A DNA stretch of 62,000 bases from Hyalangium minutum (GTDB lineage Bacteria; Myxococcota; Myxococcia; Myxococcales; Myxococcaceae): positions 82,001 to 144,000 of the forward strand of contig NZ_JMCB01000013.1 of the NCBI RefSeq assembly GCF_000737315.1, in the 5' to 3' direction. Within the stretch, counting starts at the first letter, position 1; each line of letters begins with the position of its first letter. Shown here piece after piece: positions 8,834 through 19,022 of this stretch. The notes beneath the pieces are model-generated. The model searched no databases. It worked only from the letters and a program-made list of their open reading frames with translations, and was not told where the DNA came from. The position numbers were made by a program, and so were the translations under genes.

Positions 8834-10405
8834 TCAGCTGGCGCCGATCGCGCTCTCGATGGCCTCGGTGTTGGTCACCACCGTGCCCTTCTTGCGCAGC
8901 GCCTTGATGAAGGAGTCCTCCACCTCGATCTGCTTGGCGCGGCGAGCCTGCTCCCGCAGCTCCTCCTTCTTGGCCTGGAAGTCCGCGTCATTGGCCTTCT
9001 TGCGCTCGGTGACCTGGGCGATCACGAAGCCCTCGCCGGCGGGGTAGGCCTGGTCCAGCACCTGCGGCCCCTGCGCGGTGAACGTCGCCGTCAGCAGCGC
9101 GGGCGCGGGCCCCAGGAAGGGAACCGACTCGGCGCCCGCGGTGATGGTGCCCGTCTCCACCGCCTCCGGGCGTGCCTCCGTCTCGAAGCGCTGGAGCGCC
9201 GGCTGGCCTTCCTTCTCCGGTGGGAACAGCGCCGGGATCGTCTTGCCGCCCTTCACCGCGGCCAGCGCCTTCTCGGCCTCGGCCTTGGCCAGGTCCTTGG
9301 CCGCCTGCTGCTTGTAGAGCGTGGTGGCGATCTCGTTCTCCATGTCCGGCAGCTTCTTGTCCGAGGCGGCCTGCTTCTCCTCTACCTTCACCACGTGGTA
9401 GCCCAGCGTCGTCTCAATGGGCTCGGACACGCTGCCCGGGGCCAGGGCGAACATGGCGTCCGCCAGCGCCGGCTCCAGGCTGCCGCGCTCCACCCAGCCG
9501 AGGTCTCCACCCGTCGCCTTGGTGCCCGGGTCCTCGCTGCGCTCCTTGGCCACCGCGACGAAGTCCTTCTCGCCCGTGGTGACGTCCTGGCGGAGCGCGT
9601 TCGCGCGATCCTTCGCAGCCGCCTTCTGCTCGGCGGTGGCGCCCGGGGGCAGCTTCACCAGGATCTGCCGCACCTTCACGCGCTCGGGCTGCTTGTACAT
9701 GAAGCTGTTGTTCTCGTAGTACTCGGAGATCTCCTTCTGGTGCGCCTTCTTGAACTCGTCCACCTGCGCGGGCGTGGGGGCGGGCACCTTGTCGGCGTAC
9801 ATGGTGGGCAGGAAGCGCGCGAACACGAGCTTGGCCTGGTTGGCCTCCTTGTCGTAGCGCACGCGCACCTCGTCATCCGAGACGACGGCGCCATTGCGCA
9901 CCACCTCGAGCATCTTCTGGGCAGCGAGCTGGCGGCGCAGGTCGTCCTCGTACTGCGTCTCCGTCAGCCGGTAGTAGTCGCGCAGCGCGCGGCGGTACTG
10001 GTCGAAGTCGAACACGCCGTCCTTCTGGAAGTCCGTGTTGCGGTGGATGAGCTCCACCAGCTCGGCGTCCGCGGGGACGATGCCGTAGCGCTCGGCCGCC
10101 TGCGCCACCAGCTCCACGTCCACCAGGTTCTGCACCACCTGGGGGGCCACGTACTGGCGCGCCACGGACTCGGGGATGGGGGTGCCGCGGTTGCGCAGGT
10201 TGTTGATCTGGACGTTGTAGGAGCGCAGGAAGTCCCGCAGTGGGATCTCCTTGCCGTTGACGTTCGCCACGGTGTTGACGCTCGTCACCTGCGGGCCGCT
10301 GGACTTGCTGAAGCTGCCCGGCCCGAAGTTCAGGGTGAACACCACGGCGATGCCGATGATGAACACCAGCGAGACGATCTTCCGGAGGTTCAGTCCTTCT
10401 TCCAT
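8834..10405 (-). CDS. ppiD: SurA N-terminal domain peptidyl-prolyl isomerase (PpiD-like)
   Basis: N-terminal TM, VANVNGKEI, parvulin domain (VRQIL...SEDPGTKATGGDLGW...GYHVVKV). Real start MEEGLN at 10405. Confidence 0.85.
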   Translation of the reverse strand: MEEGLNLRKIVSLVFIIGIAVVFTLNFGPGSFSKSSGPQVTSVNTVANVNGKEIPLRDFLRSYNVQINNLRNRGTPIPESVARQYVAPQVVQNLVDVELVAQAAERYGIVPADAELVELIHRNTDFQKDGVFDFDQYRRALRDYYRLTETQYEDDLRRQLAAQKMLEVVRNGAVVSDDEVRVRYDKEANQAKLVFARFLPTMYADKVPAPTPAQVDEFKKAHQKEISEYYENNSFMYKQPERVKVRQILVKLPPGATAEQKAAAKDRANALRQDVTTGEKDFVAVAKERSEDPGTKATGGDLGWVERGSLEPALADAMFALAPGSVSEPIETTLGYHVVKVEEKQAASDKKLPDMENEIATTLYKQQAAKDLAKAEAEKALAAVKGGKTIPALFPPEKEGQPALQRFETEARPEAVETGTITAGAESVPFLGPAPALLTATFTAQGPQVLDQAYPAGEGFVIAQVTERKKANDADFQAKKEELREQARRAKQIEVEDSFIKALRKKGTVVTNTEAIESAIGAS

Positions 10406-10628
10406 GATGCTGTCGTTTCTTCCCGCGCGGCGCCGCCAAATCCCTTGTGGAAGGACTCGCGACGCAGGTTTGTTGGATGCCCGGCCGGTGAGTGAACGGT
10501 TCGCCTTCACCCCCCATGACAGGCCTTGACTGCCTAGGATAAGCCCTCTGAAAATGCAAGCGATTTACAGTGTTTAGCCGCTCCTCTCCCTTCCGGCCTC
10601 TCTTTCCCTACACGGGTACTTTCCCCCA

Positions 10629-11480
10629 GTGCTGTCGCTCTTCCGGCGGTATCGCCGTTTCATCATTGTCAGCGTGCTGCTGCTCTACCCGCTGGTCGCC
10701 TTCCTGGTGTCTGGGCGGCGGGGCCGCGACGCCAACTTCGTCGATCGCGCCGTCATCGCGATGACGGCTCCGCTCCAGTCGGGGCTCAACTGGATCATCG
10801 ACGGGGTGGTGGGCGCGATGAGCCACTACGTGGACTTGCGCGACGTGCGGCAGGAGAATGACGCGCTGCGGCTGGAGAACATGCAGCTGCGAGCAGCCGT
10901 GCAGGCGTTGGGCGAGGCTCGGGCCGAGAATGAGCGGCTCAAGCAACTGTTGGGGTACGCCGAAAAGGAAGCGGGGCCGGAGATTCCGGCGCGGGTGGTG
11001 GGGGTGAACCCGGTGGCCAAGCTGTTGTCGGTGCGGATCAGCAGCGGCGAGCGGCAGGGCGTGTACCGGGGCATGTCGGTGGTGACGCCGGATGGAATCG
11101 TCGGCCAGGTGATCCGGACGACGGGAGGTTACGCGGACGTGGCGTTGGTGACGGATCCCCAGAGCCGGGTGGGCGTGCGAGTGCAGCGCTCGCGGGCGCG
11201 TGGCACGGCGGCGGGCTCGGGCAGCGGGCCGCTCAAGCTGGAGAACATGCTGCGCACCGAGGATGTCGAGGACGGGGATCTGATCATCACCTCCGGTACG
11301 GACGGGGTGTACCCGCCAGGGCTGGTGGTGGGACGGGTGGCGAACCTGGCGAAGAAGGAGCACGGCATGTTCCAGGCGGCCGACATCCTCCCCGCGGTGG
11401 ACACGACGAAGCTCGAGGAAGTCTTCGTGGTGGGCAGCCCATACCAGGACGCGGCGCCGCTGGTGGAGGGGACGCGATGA
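10629..11480 (+). CDS. mreC: Rod shape-determining protein MreC
   Basis: TM plus coiled coil, GIVGQV, GDLIITSGTDGVYPPGLVVG. Confidence 0.95.
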   Translation: MLSLFRRYRRFIIVSVLLLYPLVAFLVSGRRGRDANFVDRAVIAMTAPLQSGLNWIIDGVVGAMSHYVDLRDVRQENDALRLENMQLRAAVQALGEARAENERLKQLLGYAEKEAGPEIPARVVGVNPVAKLLSVRISSGERQGVYRGMSVVTPDGIVGQVIRTTGGYADVALVTDPQSRVGVRVQRSRARGTAAGSGSGPLKLENMLRTEDVEDGDLIITSGTDGVYPPGLVVGRVANLAKKEHGMFQAADILPAVDTTKLEEVFVVGSPYQDAAPLVEGTR

Positions 11481-11980
11481 AGTTCCTGGTGACGGTGGTG
11501 TTGGCCATGGTGCTGCTCACGCTCGAGTCCGTCATCGTGCAGCGGGCGGGGCTGGTGTTGTCGCGCATCGACGTGACGGTGGTGCTGCTGGCGTTCCTGG
11601 CGCTGCGGGCCTCGCTGCTGGAGGGCGCCTGCTCGGCCTTCGCGGTGGGCTACCTCTTGGACTTGATGAGCGGCCAGCCCACGGGGCTCTACACGTTCCT
11701 GGGCGTCTTCACCTTCCTGGTGTGCCGGTTGGTGTACTCGCTGGTGGACGTGCGCGGGCCGGTGGCCTTCGTGCTCTTCACCATGGGCGCGGACGTGGGC
11801 CATGGCTTGCTGGCGGCCTTCTTCGGGTGGCTGACGGTGAAGGATGGCTCGGCCACGGCGGTGCTGCCCGGCCTGCCGCTGCAGGTGGCGCTCACCGGCG
11901 CGGCGGCGCTGGCCCTCTATCCGCTGCTGCGCAAGCTCGAGGTGCGCCATGAGCGCACCCAGGCGGGAGGCTTGCTGTGA
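11477..11980 (+). CDS. mreD: Rod shape-determining protein MreD
   Basis: Hydrophobic 167 aa protein between mreC and mrdA, with 4-bp overlaps on both sides. Confidence 0.85.
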   Translation: MKFLVTVVLAMVLLTLESVIVQRAGLVLSRIDVTVVLLAFLALRASLLEGACSAFAVGYLLDLMSGQPTGLYTFLGVFTFLVCRLVYSLVDVRGPVAFVLFTMGADVGHGLLAAFFGWLTVKDGSATAVLPGLPLQVALTGAAALALYPLLRKLEVRHERTQAGGLL

Positions 11981-14025
11981 CTCCTCCGGATCTTGGAAAG
12001 ACGACGCCTCCGGGGCGGGACCTCAAGAAGCGCTTTCTGTGGCTGGGCCTGGCCATGGTGGGCGGCATGGCAGTGCTGGCCCTCCAGCTCTACCGGCTGC
12101 AGATCATCCGGGGCGAGGAGTACGCCGCCAAGAGCGTGGCGAACTTCGTGAAGGAAGTTCGCCTGCGCGCGGACCGTGGCGTCATCAAGGATGCGCGCGG
12201 CACCATCCTGGTGGACAGCCGTCCGTCTTTCGACGCCTTCATCACCCCTGCGTTCTGCACCGACTGTTCCAAGGAAGTGCTTCCGAAGCTGGCCACGCTG
12301 CTGGGCTGGGACGAGGATCAGCGCAAGAAGGTGGACGACCAGGTGCGCATCTCCAAGCGCAACGCGCCGTTCCAGCCGCTGCCGGTGCGCATCGATCTCA
12401 CGCGCGACGAGCTGGACCGCATCAACGCGCGGCGCGACATCCTGGACGGTGTGGAAGTGGTGGCGGTGCCGCACCGCAACTACCGCACGGAGACGGTGCT
12501 GTCGCACGTGCTGGGCTACATGAACGAGATCAACCAGGACGAGCTGGAGCGGCTCAACGCCGACGGCGCGAAGTACGCCCTGGGGGACTACATCGGCCGG
12601 CGCGGCCTGGAGCGGTACTTCGAGCCGCAGCTGCGCGGCGTGGACGGCTTCCGCAAGGAAGTGGTGAATGCGCGCGGCCAGAAGATCGAGGAGCTGAACG
12701 ACAAGCTCGGCGAGAACTCGGTGACGCCGCCCCAGGCCGGCAGCAACCTGGTGCTGTCCATCGACATGCGGCTTCAGGAAGAAGCCGAGCGCATCTTCCC
12801 GGGCGTGGCGGGTGCGGTGGTCGCCATCGACGTGAACACCGGCTACATCAAGGCGCTGGTGTCCCGGCCGGGCTTCGATCCGAACCTGCTCACCGGCCGC
12901 GTCACTCCGGCTCAGATGGCGGAGATGGTGAGGGATCCGCTCCAGCCGATGATCAACCGCGTGGCCGCGGCACATTACAGCCCGGGGTCGACGTTCAAGG
13001 TCGTCACCCAGCTGGCGGCGTTCAAGTCGGGCAACTTCCGGCCAGACTCGGTGATCAATTGCCCGGGTGGCTACAAGCTGGGCGCGCGCACGTGGCGCTG
13101 CCACAAGGAGAGCGGCCACGGCCCGGTGAACGCCAAGCAGGCCATGGCGTACTCGTGCGACACCTGGTTCTTCAAGGTGGCGGACACCATCGGCCTGGAT
13201 CCGATCGCGGAGATGGGCCGGGCGCTCGGCCTGGGCAGCCCCACGGGCATCGGCGTGCTGGGCGAGGTCCCCGGAATCATGCCCACCACCGAGTACCATG
13301 ATCGGCTCTCGCCCGGCGGCTACACCAAGGGCATGGCGCTCAACAGCGCCATCGGCCAGGGCGACGACAACGTGACGCCGCTGCAGCTGGCCATGGTGTA
13401 CGCGGCCATTGCCAACGGCGGCACGCTGTACAAGCCGCAGCTCGTGCATCGCATCGAGGATCAGGACGGTCAGGTGGTCGATTCGTTCAATCCGCAGGTG
13501 GTGCGCACCGTGGACATCAACCCCGATCACCGCAAGGTCATCGTGGAAGGCCTGGTGGCCGTGGCCAACGAGGCGGGCGGTACCGCGTTCCGCGCGCGCC
13601 AGGCTTACAAGGAGCAGATGAAGAACATCGTCGTGGCCAGCAAGACGGGCACCGCCCAGGTGGTGGCCATTGGCGCGGTGCGCCTGAAGACGCACCAGAT
13701 GGAGTTCTTTACGCGCGATCATGCGTGGTTCGCCGGCTTCGCGCCCGCGGACAAGCCAGAGATCGCCGTGGTGGTGCTCAACGAGCACGGTGGCCACGGT
13801 GGCGTGGACGCGGCGCCCACCGGCATGGCCGTGTTCTCCAAGTACTTCGAGCTGAAGCAGCTGGATGCGAACTCGCCGCCTCAGCGCTCCAATCAGCCCT
13901 ACGTCCTGACGCTGCCTCCGACTCCGAAGCTGCAGGACGTTACTCTCACTCGCGGCACTCCAGCCGCGGGCACGCCCACGCGCGGCGCTCCGGCCGCAGG
14001 CCCTCCGAATGCAGCTCAGCATTGA
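11977..14025 (+). CDS. mrdA: Penicillin-binding protein 2
   Basis: SPGSTFK (SxxK), SCD (SxN-like), KTGT motifs. Confidence 0.95.
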   Translation: MTPPDLGKTTPPGRDLKKRFLWLGLAMVGGMAVLALQLYRLQIIRGEEYAAKSVANFVKEVRLRADRGVIKDARGTILVDSRPSFDAFITPAFCTDCSKEVLPKLATLLGWDEDQRKKVDDQVRISKRNAPFQPLPVRIDLTRDELDRINARRDILDGVEVVAVPHRNYRTETVLSHVLGYMNEINQDELERLNADGAKYALGDYIGRRGLERYFEPQLRGVDGFRKEVVNARGQKIEELNDKLGENSVTPPQAGSNLVLSIDMRLQEEAERIFPGVAGAVVAIDVNTGYIKALVSRPGFDPNLLTGRVTPAQMAEMVRDPLQPMINRVAAAHYSPGSTFKVVTQLAAFKSGNFRPDSVINCPGGYKLGARTWRCHKESGHGPVNAKQAMAYSCDTWFFKVADTIGLDPIAEMGRALGLGSPTGIGVLGEVPGIMPTTEYHDRLSPGGYTKGMALNSAIGQGDDNVTPLQLAMVYAAIANGGTLYKPQLVHRIEDQDGQVVDSFNPQVVRTVDINPDHRKVIVEGLVAVANEAGGTAFRARQAYKEQMKNIVVASKTGTAQVVAIGAVRLKTHQMEFFTRDHAWFAGFAPADKPEIAVVVLNEHGGHGGVDAAPTGMAVFSKYFELKQLDANSPPQRSNQPYVLTLPPTPKLQDVTLTRGTPAAGTPTRGAPAAGPPNAAQH

Positions 14026-15160
14026 ACGACGCATGGTGCCCCACGTCCCGTGGGCCCTCATCTTCTGCATCCTGGCCATCTGCGCCCTGGGTGTGTGGAA
14101 CCTGGCCTCGGCGGCTCGGCCTCCGCATGCCTCGGTGTGGACCAGCCAGGCCATCTACATGGCCGTGGGGTTGGGCGTCGCGTTGATGGTGTGCCTGGTG
14201 GACTACCGCTGGATCCAGCGGATGACTGTCCCCATCTACGTGCTCAACATCCTGGCGCTGATTGCCCTGCGCTTCCTGGGGCACAAGGCCAAGGGCGCCG
14301 AGAGCTGGTTCGTGCTGGGCCCGGTGCGCGTGCAGCCCGCCGAGTTCATGAAGATCGGCGTGATCCTCATGCTGGCCAAGGTCTACCACGACGACTTCAA
14401 GCCCAATCAAGAGGCCTATGGCCTGCTGCGGCTGTGGAAGCCGCTGGCGGTGGTGGCGGTACCCGCGGTGCTCGTGCTGGTGCAGCCGGACCTGGGCACG
14501 GCGATGATGATCTTGCTGTCCTCGGCCACGGTCATCCTCTTCGGCAAGGTGCGCTGGTACCTGGTGGCGGTGATTGTCGCGGGCATCCTGGCCGTGGGCG
14601 GCATCATCTGGAACGACTACGTGCGTGAGGCTCCCGAGCCGCGCTTCACCGTGCTCAAGCACCACCTCAAGAAGCACCAGAGCCAGCGCATCTCCGGGTG
14701 GCTGGATCCCGAGGCGGACCTGCGCGGCAGCGGCTACCACGCCGCCCAGTCGAAGATCGCCGTGGGCAGCGGCGGCATGTCCGGCAAGGGCTGGCGCGAG
14801 GGCACCCAGACGGGTCTGTCCTTCCTCCCCGAGCAGCACACGGACTTCATCTTCTCCGTGTGGGCCGAGGAGCACGGCTTCCTGTCGTGCCTGGTGCTCC
14901 TGGCCTTGTATGGAGGGCTCTTCTCTCTGTCATTGGCCGTGGGGTTCAACGCCCGAGACAGGTTCGGAGCCTTCGTGGCGGTAGGCATCACCGCGATGAT
15001 CTTCTGGCAGGTGTTCGAGAACATCGGCATGGTGATTGGACTGCTGCCGGTGACAGGCATCACCCTGCCGCTGATGAGCTACGGCGGCTCGTCGATCATG
15101 TCGATGATGCTCAGCATTGGCCTGCTGGTGAACATCAGCATGCGCCGCCACATGTTCTGA
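14009..15160 (+). CDS. rodA: Rod shape-determining protein RodA (SEDS)
   Basis: QPAEFMK, QPDLGT, LPEQHTDFIF, GITLPLMSYGGSS. Confidence 0.95.
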   Translation: MQLSIERRMVPHVPWALIFCILAICALGVWNLASAARPPHASVWTSQAIYMAVGLGVALMVCLVDYRWIQRMTVPIYVLNILALIALRFLGHKAKGAESWFVLGPVRVQPAEFMKIGVILMLAKVYHDDFKPNQEAYGLLRLWKPLAVVAVPAVLVLVQPDLGTAMMILLSSATVILFGKVRWYLVAVIVAGILAVGGIIWNDYVREAPEPRFTVLKHHLKKHQSQRISGWLDPEADLRGSGYHAAQSKIAVGSGGMSGKGWREGTQTGLSFLPEQHTDFIFSVWAEEHGFLSCLVLLALYGGLFSLSLAVGFNARDRFGAFVAVGITAMIFWQVFENIGMVIGLLPVTGITLPLMSYGGSSIMSMMLSIGLLVNISMRRHMF

Positions 15161-15173
15161 GCTGGGCTCGGGC

Positions 15174-16553
15174 TCAGAAGGCGCGGCCGGTGAGGATGGC
15201 GCTGGCCACGGTGAAGTAGATGATCACGCCGGTGACGTCCACCAGCGTGGCCACGAAGGGCGCCGAGGCCGCCGCAGGGTCCAGCCCCAGCCGCCGCAGC
15301 AGGAACGGCAGCATGGAGCCGCACAGCGTGCCGAACATCACCACGCCCACCACGCTGAAGCCCACCGCGATGCCCACCCACCCGAAGTGGGGGCCATAGA
15401 GCCCCTCGGCGCCGGGCCAGAGGATGATGCGCAGCGCCCCCAGCGCCCCGAGGAACAATCCGAGGGCAATGCCGCTGGTCACCTCGCGCAGGGCCACGCG
15501 CCACCAGTCGCTCAGCGCCACATCTCGCACCGCCAGCGCGCGGATGATGAGCGAGGTGGCTTGCGAGCCGGAGTTGCCGCCCGAGGAGATGATCAGCGGC
15601 ACGAAGCTGCTGAGGAAGACGGCCTGGGCGATGGCGTCCTGGTAGTGCGCCATGGCCGTGGCGGTGAACATCTGCCCGAAGAAGAGCACCGTCAGCCAGC
15701 CCACCCGCTTGCTCAACATCTCCGTGAAGCCGATGTCCAGGTAGGGCGCCTCGAGGGCCTCCATACCGCCCATGCGCTGGATGTCCTCGGTGGCCTCCTC
15801 CTCGGCCACGTCGAGCACGTCGTCGTGGGTGATGATGCCCAGCAGCACCCCCTGCGAGTCCGTCACCGGCAGCGCCACCCGGTCATACTTCTCGAAGAAG
15901 CCGATGATCTCCTCGCGGTCCGCCGTGGCGGGGATGCTCACCAGCTGCCGGTCATGAATGTCCGAGATGCGCGTGTCGGGCTTCGCCAGCACCAGCGCGG
16001 CCAGGCGCACGTCGTCCAGCAGTCGCCGCTTCTCGTCGACAATATAGAGGACGTTCAGCGTCTCGCGCCCCTGGCCGTGGGTGCGCACGAAGTCCAGCGC
16101 CTGGGCTGCGGTGAGGTTCTCCGGCAGCGTGAGGAACTCCGGCGTCATGTAGCGGCCGGCGCTGCGCTCCGGGTACCCCAGCAGCTCGCGGGCCACCTTC
16201 AGCTCCGCGGGCGACAGCGTCGTCAACGCCCGCCGCGTCACCTCCGCGGGCAGCTCCTCGAGCAGGCGCGTGCGGTCGTCCGGCGCCATCTCGTTGAGCA
16301 GGTTCTTCAGGTCCTCGTTGCCCAGCGTGCTCACCACCTCCGTCTGTTGGTGGGGAGGCAGGTACTCGAAGACCAGCGCGGCCGTGTCTCGCGGCAGCAG
16401 CCGGAAGAGGACGCCGCTGTCCTTGGCGGGCAGATCCTCGATGACCTCGGCCACATCCGCCGGGTCCATCTCCGTGAAGGCCTCGCGCAGCGAGTTCCAG
16501 TCACGAGCCAGGATCAGCTCGTCGAACTCCGGCTTGAGGAGGTTTCCCAGCAT
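15174..16553 (-). CDS. mgtE: Magnesium transporter MgtE
   Basis: MgtE N domain, CBS pair (AGRYMT), GGNSGSQ, PFVATLVDVTG. Confidence 0.95.
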   Translation of the reverse strand: MLGNLLKPEFDELILARDWNSLREAFTEMDPADVAEVIEDLPAKDSGVLFRLLPRDTAALVFEYLPPHQQTEVVSTLGNEDLKNLLNEMAPDDRTRLLEELPAEVTRRALTTLSPAELKVARELLGYPERSAGRYMTPEFLTLPENLTAAQALDFVRTHGQGRETLNVLYIVDEKRRLLDDVRLAALVLAKPDTRISDIHDRQLVSIPATADREEIIGFFEKYDRVALPVTDSQGVLLGIITHDDVLDVAEEEATEDIQRMGGMEALEAPYLDIGFTEMLSKRVGWLTVLFFGQMFTATAMAHYQDAIAQAVFLSSFVPLIISSGGNSGSQATSLIIRALAVRDVALSDWWRVALREVTSGIALGLFLGALGALRIILWPGAEGLYGPHFGWVGIAVGFSVVGVVMFGTLCGSMLPFLLRRLGLDPAAASAPFVATLVDVTGVIIYFTVASAILTGRAF

Positions 16554-16639
16554 TACAATCTCCGCGCGCGGCGGCGCGGGCGCATGGTGTATGAATCGCG
16601 CCTGTTCCGATACGGGATTCTTTCAGGGGCGCGGAGGCG

Positions 16640-17434
16640 ATGATGCAAAGAAAGGGTGCCAAGAAGGGCTCAGCCTCGGAGGTGTCCACCTCGACTGCGT
16701 CTCCCCGTGAAGGAGCGCCCCCAGCCACTGCCTCGGAGAGGAAGCCCTCGGACGTCTCCCCAGCAGGCGAGGGAACACCGCCTCCCGCTCCGGCCCAGGG
16801 CCGCGAGCCGCGCCGCCCGGGCGTCAACGTTCCGAAGATGTCTACGCTTCAGCCGGACGCGCGCCGCTCGGGCTCACGTCCCGAGGAGCCCCGGCGCCCG
16901 GCGGGACGCCCTGCAACACCTCGGGTGGCCCCCATCATTGAAATGCAGTCGGGCAACGAGCCGGAGCACCGGCACTTCCCGCGTGCCCGGCTGGCCACGC
17001 GCTTCGAGCTCTGGAGGGAGGAGGGGGGACAGAAGACCTTCTCTGCGACGCTCCTCTCGCAGAACGTCAGCGTGAGCGGCGCCTTTCTAGAGAGCACCTT
17101 CTTCCTGCCCATGGGCACGGAGGTCCAGGTGCGCTTCTCGCTCGAGGAGGGCGCCGAGCCTGTACAGACCCGCGCCGAGATCGTCCGCGAGGAGCGGGCG
17201 GGCCCGGGAGGGCGCTCGGGTTTCGGCATCCGCTTCGTGGAGTTCACCGGGCAGACGGAAGTCTCGCTGGCCCGGCTCTTCCTCGGCATGCGGCTGCGAA
17301 CCTTTGCCGAAGAATACCTTCAGTCCCGCCGGGCCCGCTCGCTGCCCAATGAGCTGGAGCGGGTGGTGGACGTGCTCGCCGCGTGGGAGCTGCTCAAGGC
17401 CACCTCCCCGGGCGATCCCTGGCAAGGCCAGTAA
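16640..17434 (+). CDS. PilZ domain protein with a disordered N-terminus
   Basis: RHFPR (RxxxR) and NVSVSG (D/NxSxxG) c-di-GMP motifs. Start uncertain. Confidence 0.85.
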   Translation: MMQRKGAKKGSASEVSTSTASPREGAPPATASERKPSDVSPAGEGTPPPAPAQGREPRRPGVNVPKMSTLQPDARRSGSRPEEPRRPAGRPATPRVAPIIEMQSGNEPEHRHFPRARLATRFELWREEGGQKTFSATLLSQNVSVSGAFLESTFFLPMGTEVQVRFSLEEGAEPVQTRAEIVREERAGPGGRSGFGIRFVEFTGQTEVSLARLFLGMRLRTFAEEYLQSRRARSLPNELERVVDVLAAWELLKATSPGDPWQGQ

Positions 17435-17441
17435 CGCGCGC

Positions 17442-17774
17442 TCAGACCTTCTTGCCAGCGGCCAGCTGGCGGCGACGCTCGGCCTGGTAGTGCGCCGAGC
17501 ACAGGCCCTTGGAGCGGGACTCGCGCTCGCAGCCCGGCACGGTGCAGCGGCGCTCCGGCGCCACGGGCCCTGAGGCCAGCATCTTCGGCGGCCGGCCTCT
17601 TCTGCGCGTGGTCACCGCTGCCGGAGCCCCTGCGGTGCTGATGCCATTCTCATGAAGCGCGCGAATCACCCCGCGACCGATGGCGTCCCCGATCGCCTCG
17701 GCCCACGAAGCAAGTGCGGGAGGGAGGGCCGAGGGAGGCAGAGAGGGACCGGTAGGCTTCCGAGGACGTGGCAT
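17442..17774 (-). CDS. Small basic protein with AT-hook and CCCH zinc finger (VegA-like)
   Basis: RRGRPPK and CTVPGCERESRSKGLCSAHY; AGGAG RBS upstream. Confidence 0.7.
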   Translation of the reverse strand: MPRPRKPTGPSLPPSALPPALASWAEAIGDAIGRGVIRALHENGISTAGAPAAVTTRRRGRPPKMLASGPVAPERRCTVPGCERESRSKGLCSAHYQAERRRQLAAGKKV

Positions 17775-17779
17775 GGATG

Positions 17780-17870
17780 CTCCTTTAATTTTGAATAGCC
17801 GGTTAAACGGGTTTAAATCAATGAACCGCTTATTTGTACTTTGTTGCTAAATCTGTCAACACAAGGATGA
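17780..17870 (-). promoter_or_regulatory. Strongly AT-rich upstream region of the VegA-like gene
   Basis: TTTAATTTTGAATAG...GTTTAAATCAATG...TTATTTGTACTTTG, far below the surrounding GC content. Confidence 0.5.
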
Positions 17871-18085
17871 GGGGTTTTTCTAGACTCTGCTCGAAAGGAC
17901 AGACGGAGACCTGTCTGAGACAGAGAGGGAGCAGCGGAAGACACAGCAGGCGCAGCACACGAGACGCATCTAGGAGCGCGAGCCAGGATTGCTCGAGCAA
18001 CTCCGAACGTCGGGCCGGACGTTCCTGCTTGGAAGCGGGGTCCGCCCAGGCGAGGCGTGAGAGCCTCGCCCAGGCGTGGGCACTC

Positions 18086-18418
18086 TCAGGAGAGCGCTTT
18101 GGTGATGGCTGCTTCGATCTTGTGCCTCGGCACCGCACCCACGATCTGATCCACCACCTTGCCGCCCTTGAAGACGAGCAGGGTGGGGATGGAGCGGATG
18201 CCGTAGTCCTGCGGCGTCTTCTGGTTGTCGTCGATGTTCATCTTGGTGAACTTCATCTTGCCCCTGTACTCGGTCGCGAGCGCCTCGACAGACGGGGCGA
18301 TGGCGCGGCACGGGGCACACCAGGTGGCCCAGAAGTCCACGAGCACCGGCTGCTCGGACTTCAGCACCTGCTGGTCGAAGTCCTGGTCCCCAACGTTCAC
18401 AACGTCAACACCGGCCAT
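18086..18418 (-). CDS. trxA: Thioredoxin
   Basis: VDFWATWCAPC, IRSIPTL; GGAG RBS before ATG 18418. Confidence 0.95.
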   Translation of the reverse strand: MAGVDVVNVGDQDFDQQVLKSEQPVLVDFWATWCAPCRAIAPSVEALATEYRGKMKFTKMNIDDNQKTPQDYGIRSIPTLLVFKGGKVVDQIVGAVPRHKIEAAITKALS

Positions 18419-18619
18419 GGATGTCTCCTCTAGAAAGGCCATTCGATTGACGGGCCTTGCGGGCGCGTCCTCTAGTACGCGTCCCCTATGCCCTGCAAGG
18501 AGCAGCGGGCGTCGCTGTTCTTGATCTTTGAGATGCTGACAAGCCCCGTGGGTTTCAAGCAGGCAGACCGCACGAGAGACGGGCTGTCCGGGCGGCGCTG
18601 ATGTAAGCTGGGCCACGTG

Positions 18620-18988
18620 ATGAAGCTCTTCCTGCCCCAGACCCAACTCGAGGAGTGGGCCCTGGGGGACAAAGCGGATCTGAAGGACGGCAAGCTGGTG
18701 GTGATGGCGGAGGGGGGCGCGAGCTTCCCGGCTGTCCCCGCCGTGCACTTCGTGCAGCTCGTCACGGGTGAGGACACCCACAAGCTGGTGGCCAAGGTGA
18801 AGACCGAGGCCCAGCTCCAAAGCTTGGGGGCCGAGCAGATGGCCGACTCTGTCATCCTGGGGGAGTCCGCCTACGAAGTGGTTCCAGGGTATCTTACCGA
18901 GGTCGCCGCCGCCCCCCGTCCGGCCGACAAGAAGCCAAGCAGCGAGACGGATCTGCTGGCTGCTTTCATCCTCAACAAGATGGGCTGA
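18620..18988 (+). CDS. Conserved myxobacterial hypothetical protein
   Basis: Clean codon bias; ends SETDLLAAFILNKMG; lies upstream of the ccsA-hem operon. Confidence 0.7.
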   Translation: MKLFLPQTQLEEWALGDKADLKDGKLVVMAEGGASFPAVPAVHFVQLVTGEDTHKLVAKVKTEAQLQSLGAEQMADSVILGESAYEVVPGYLTEVAAAPRPADKKPSSETDLLAAFILNKMG

Positions 18989-19022
18989 CCGCGGGGTCGC
19001 CCGGGGTTATGTCGCTGCCGCC

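Noticed and set aside
11917-14154. Long opposite-strand ORFs (also 20575-22002, 37493-39499, 40024-41892, 49727-51775, 54786-58561 and others)
   Set aside because: Typical high-GC antisense or alternative-frame artefacts of real genes; no motifs or RBS.
16554-16640. Mg-sensing riboswitch upstream of mgtE
   Set aside because: The spacer is too short and shows no M-box-like structure or leader peptide.
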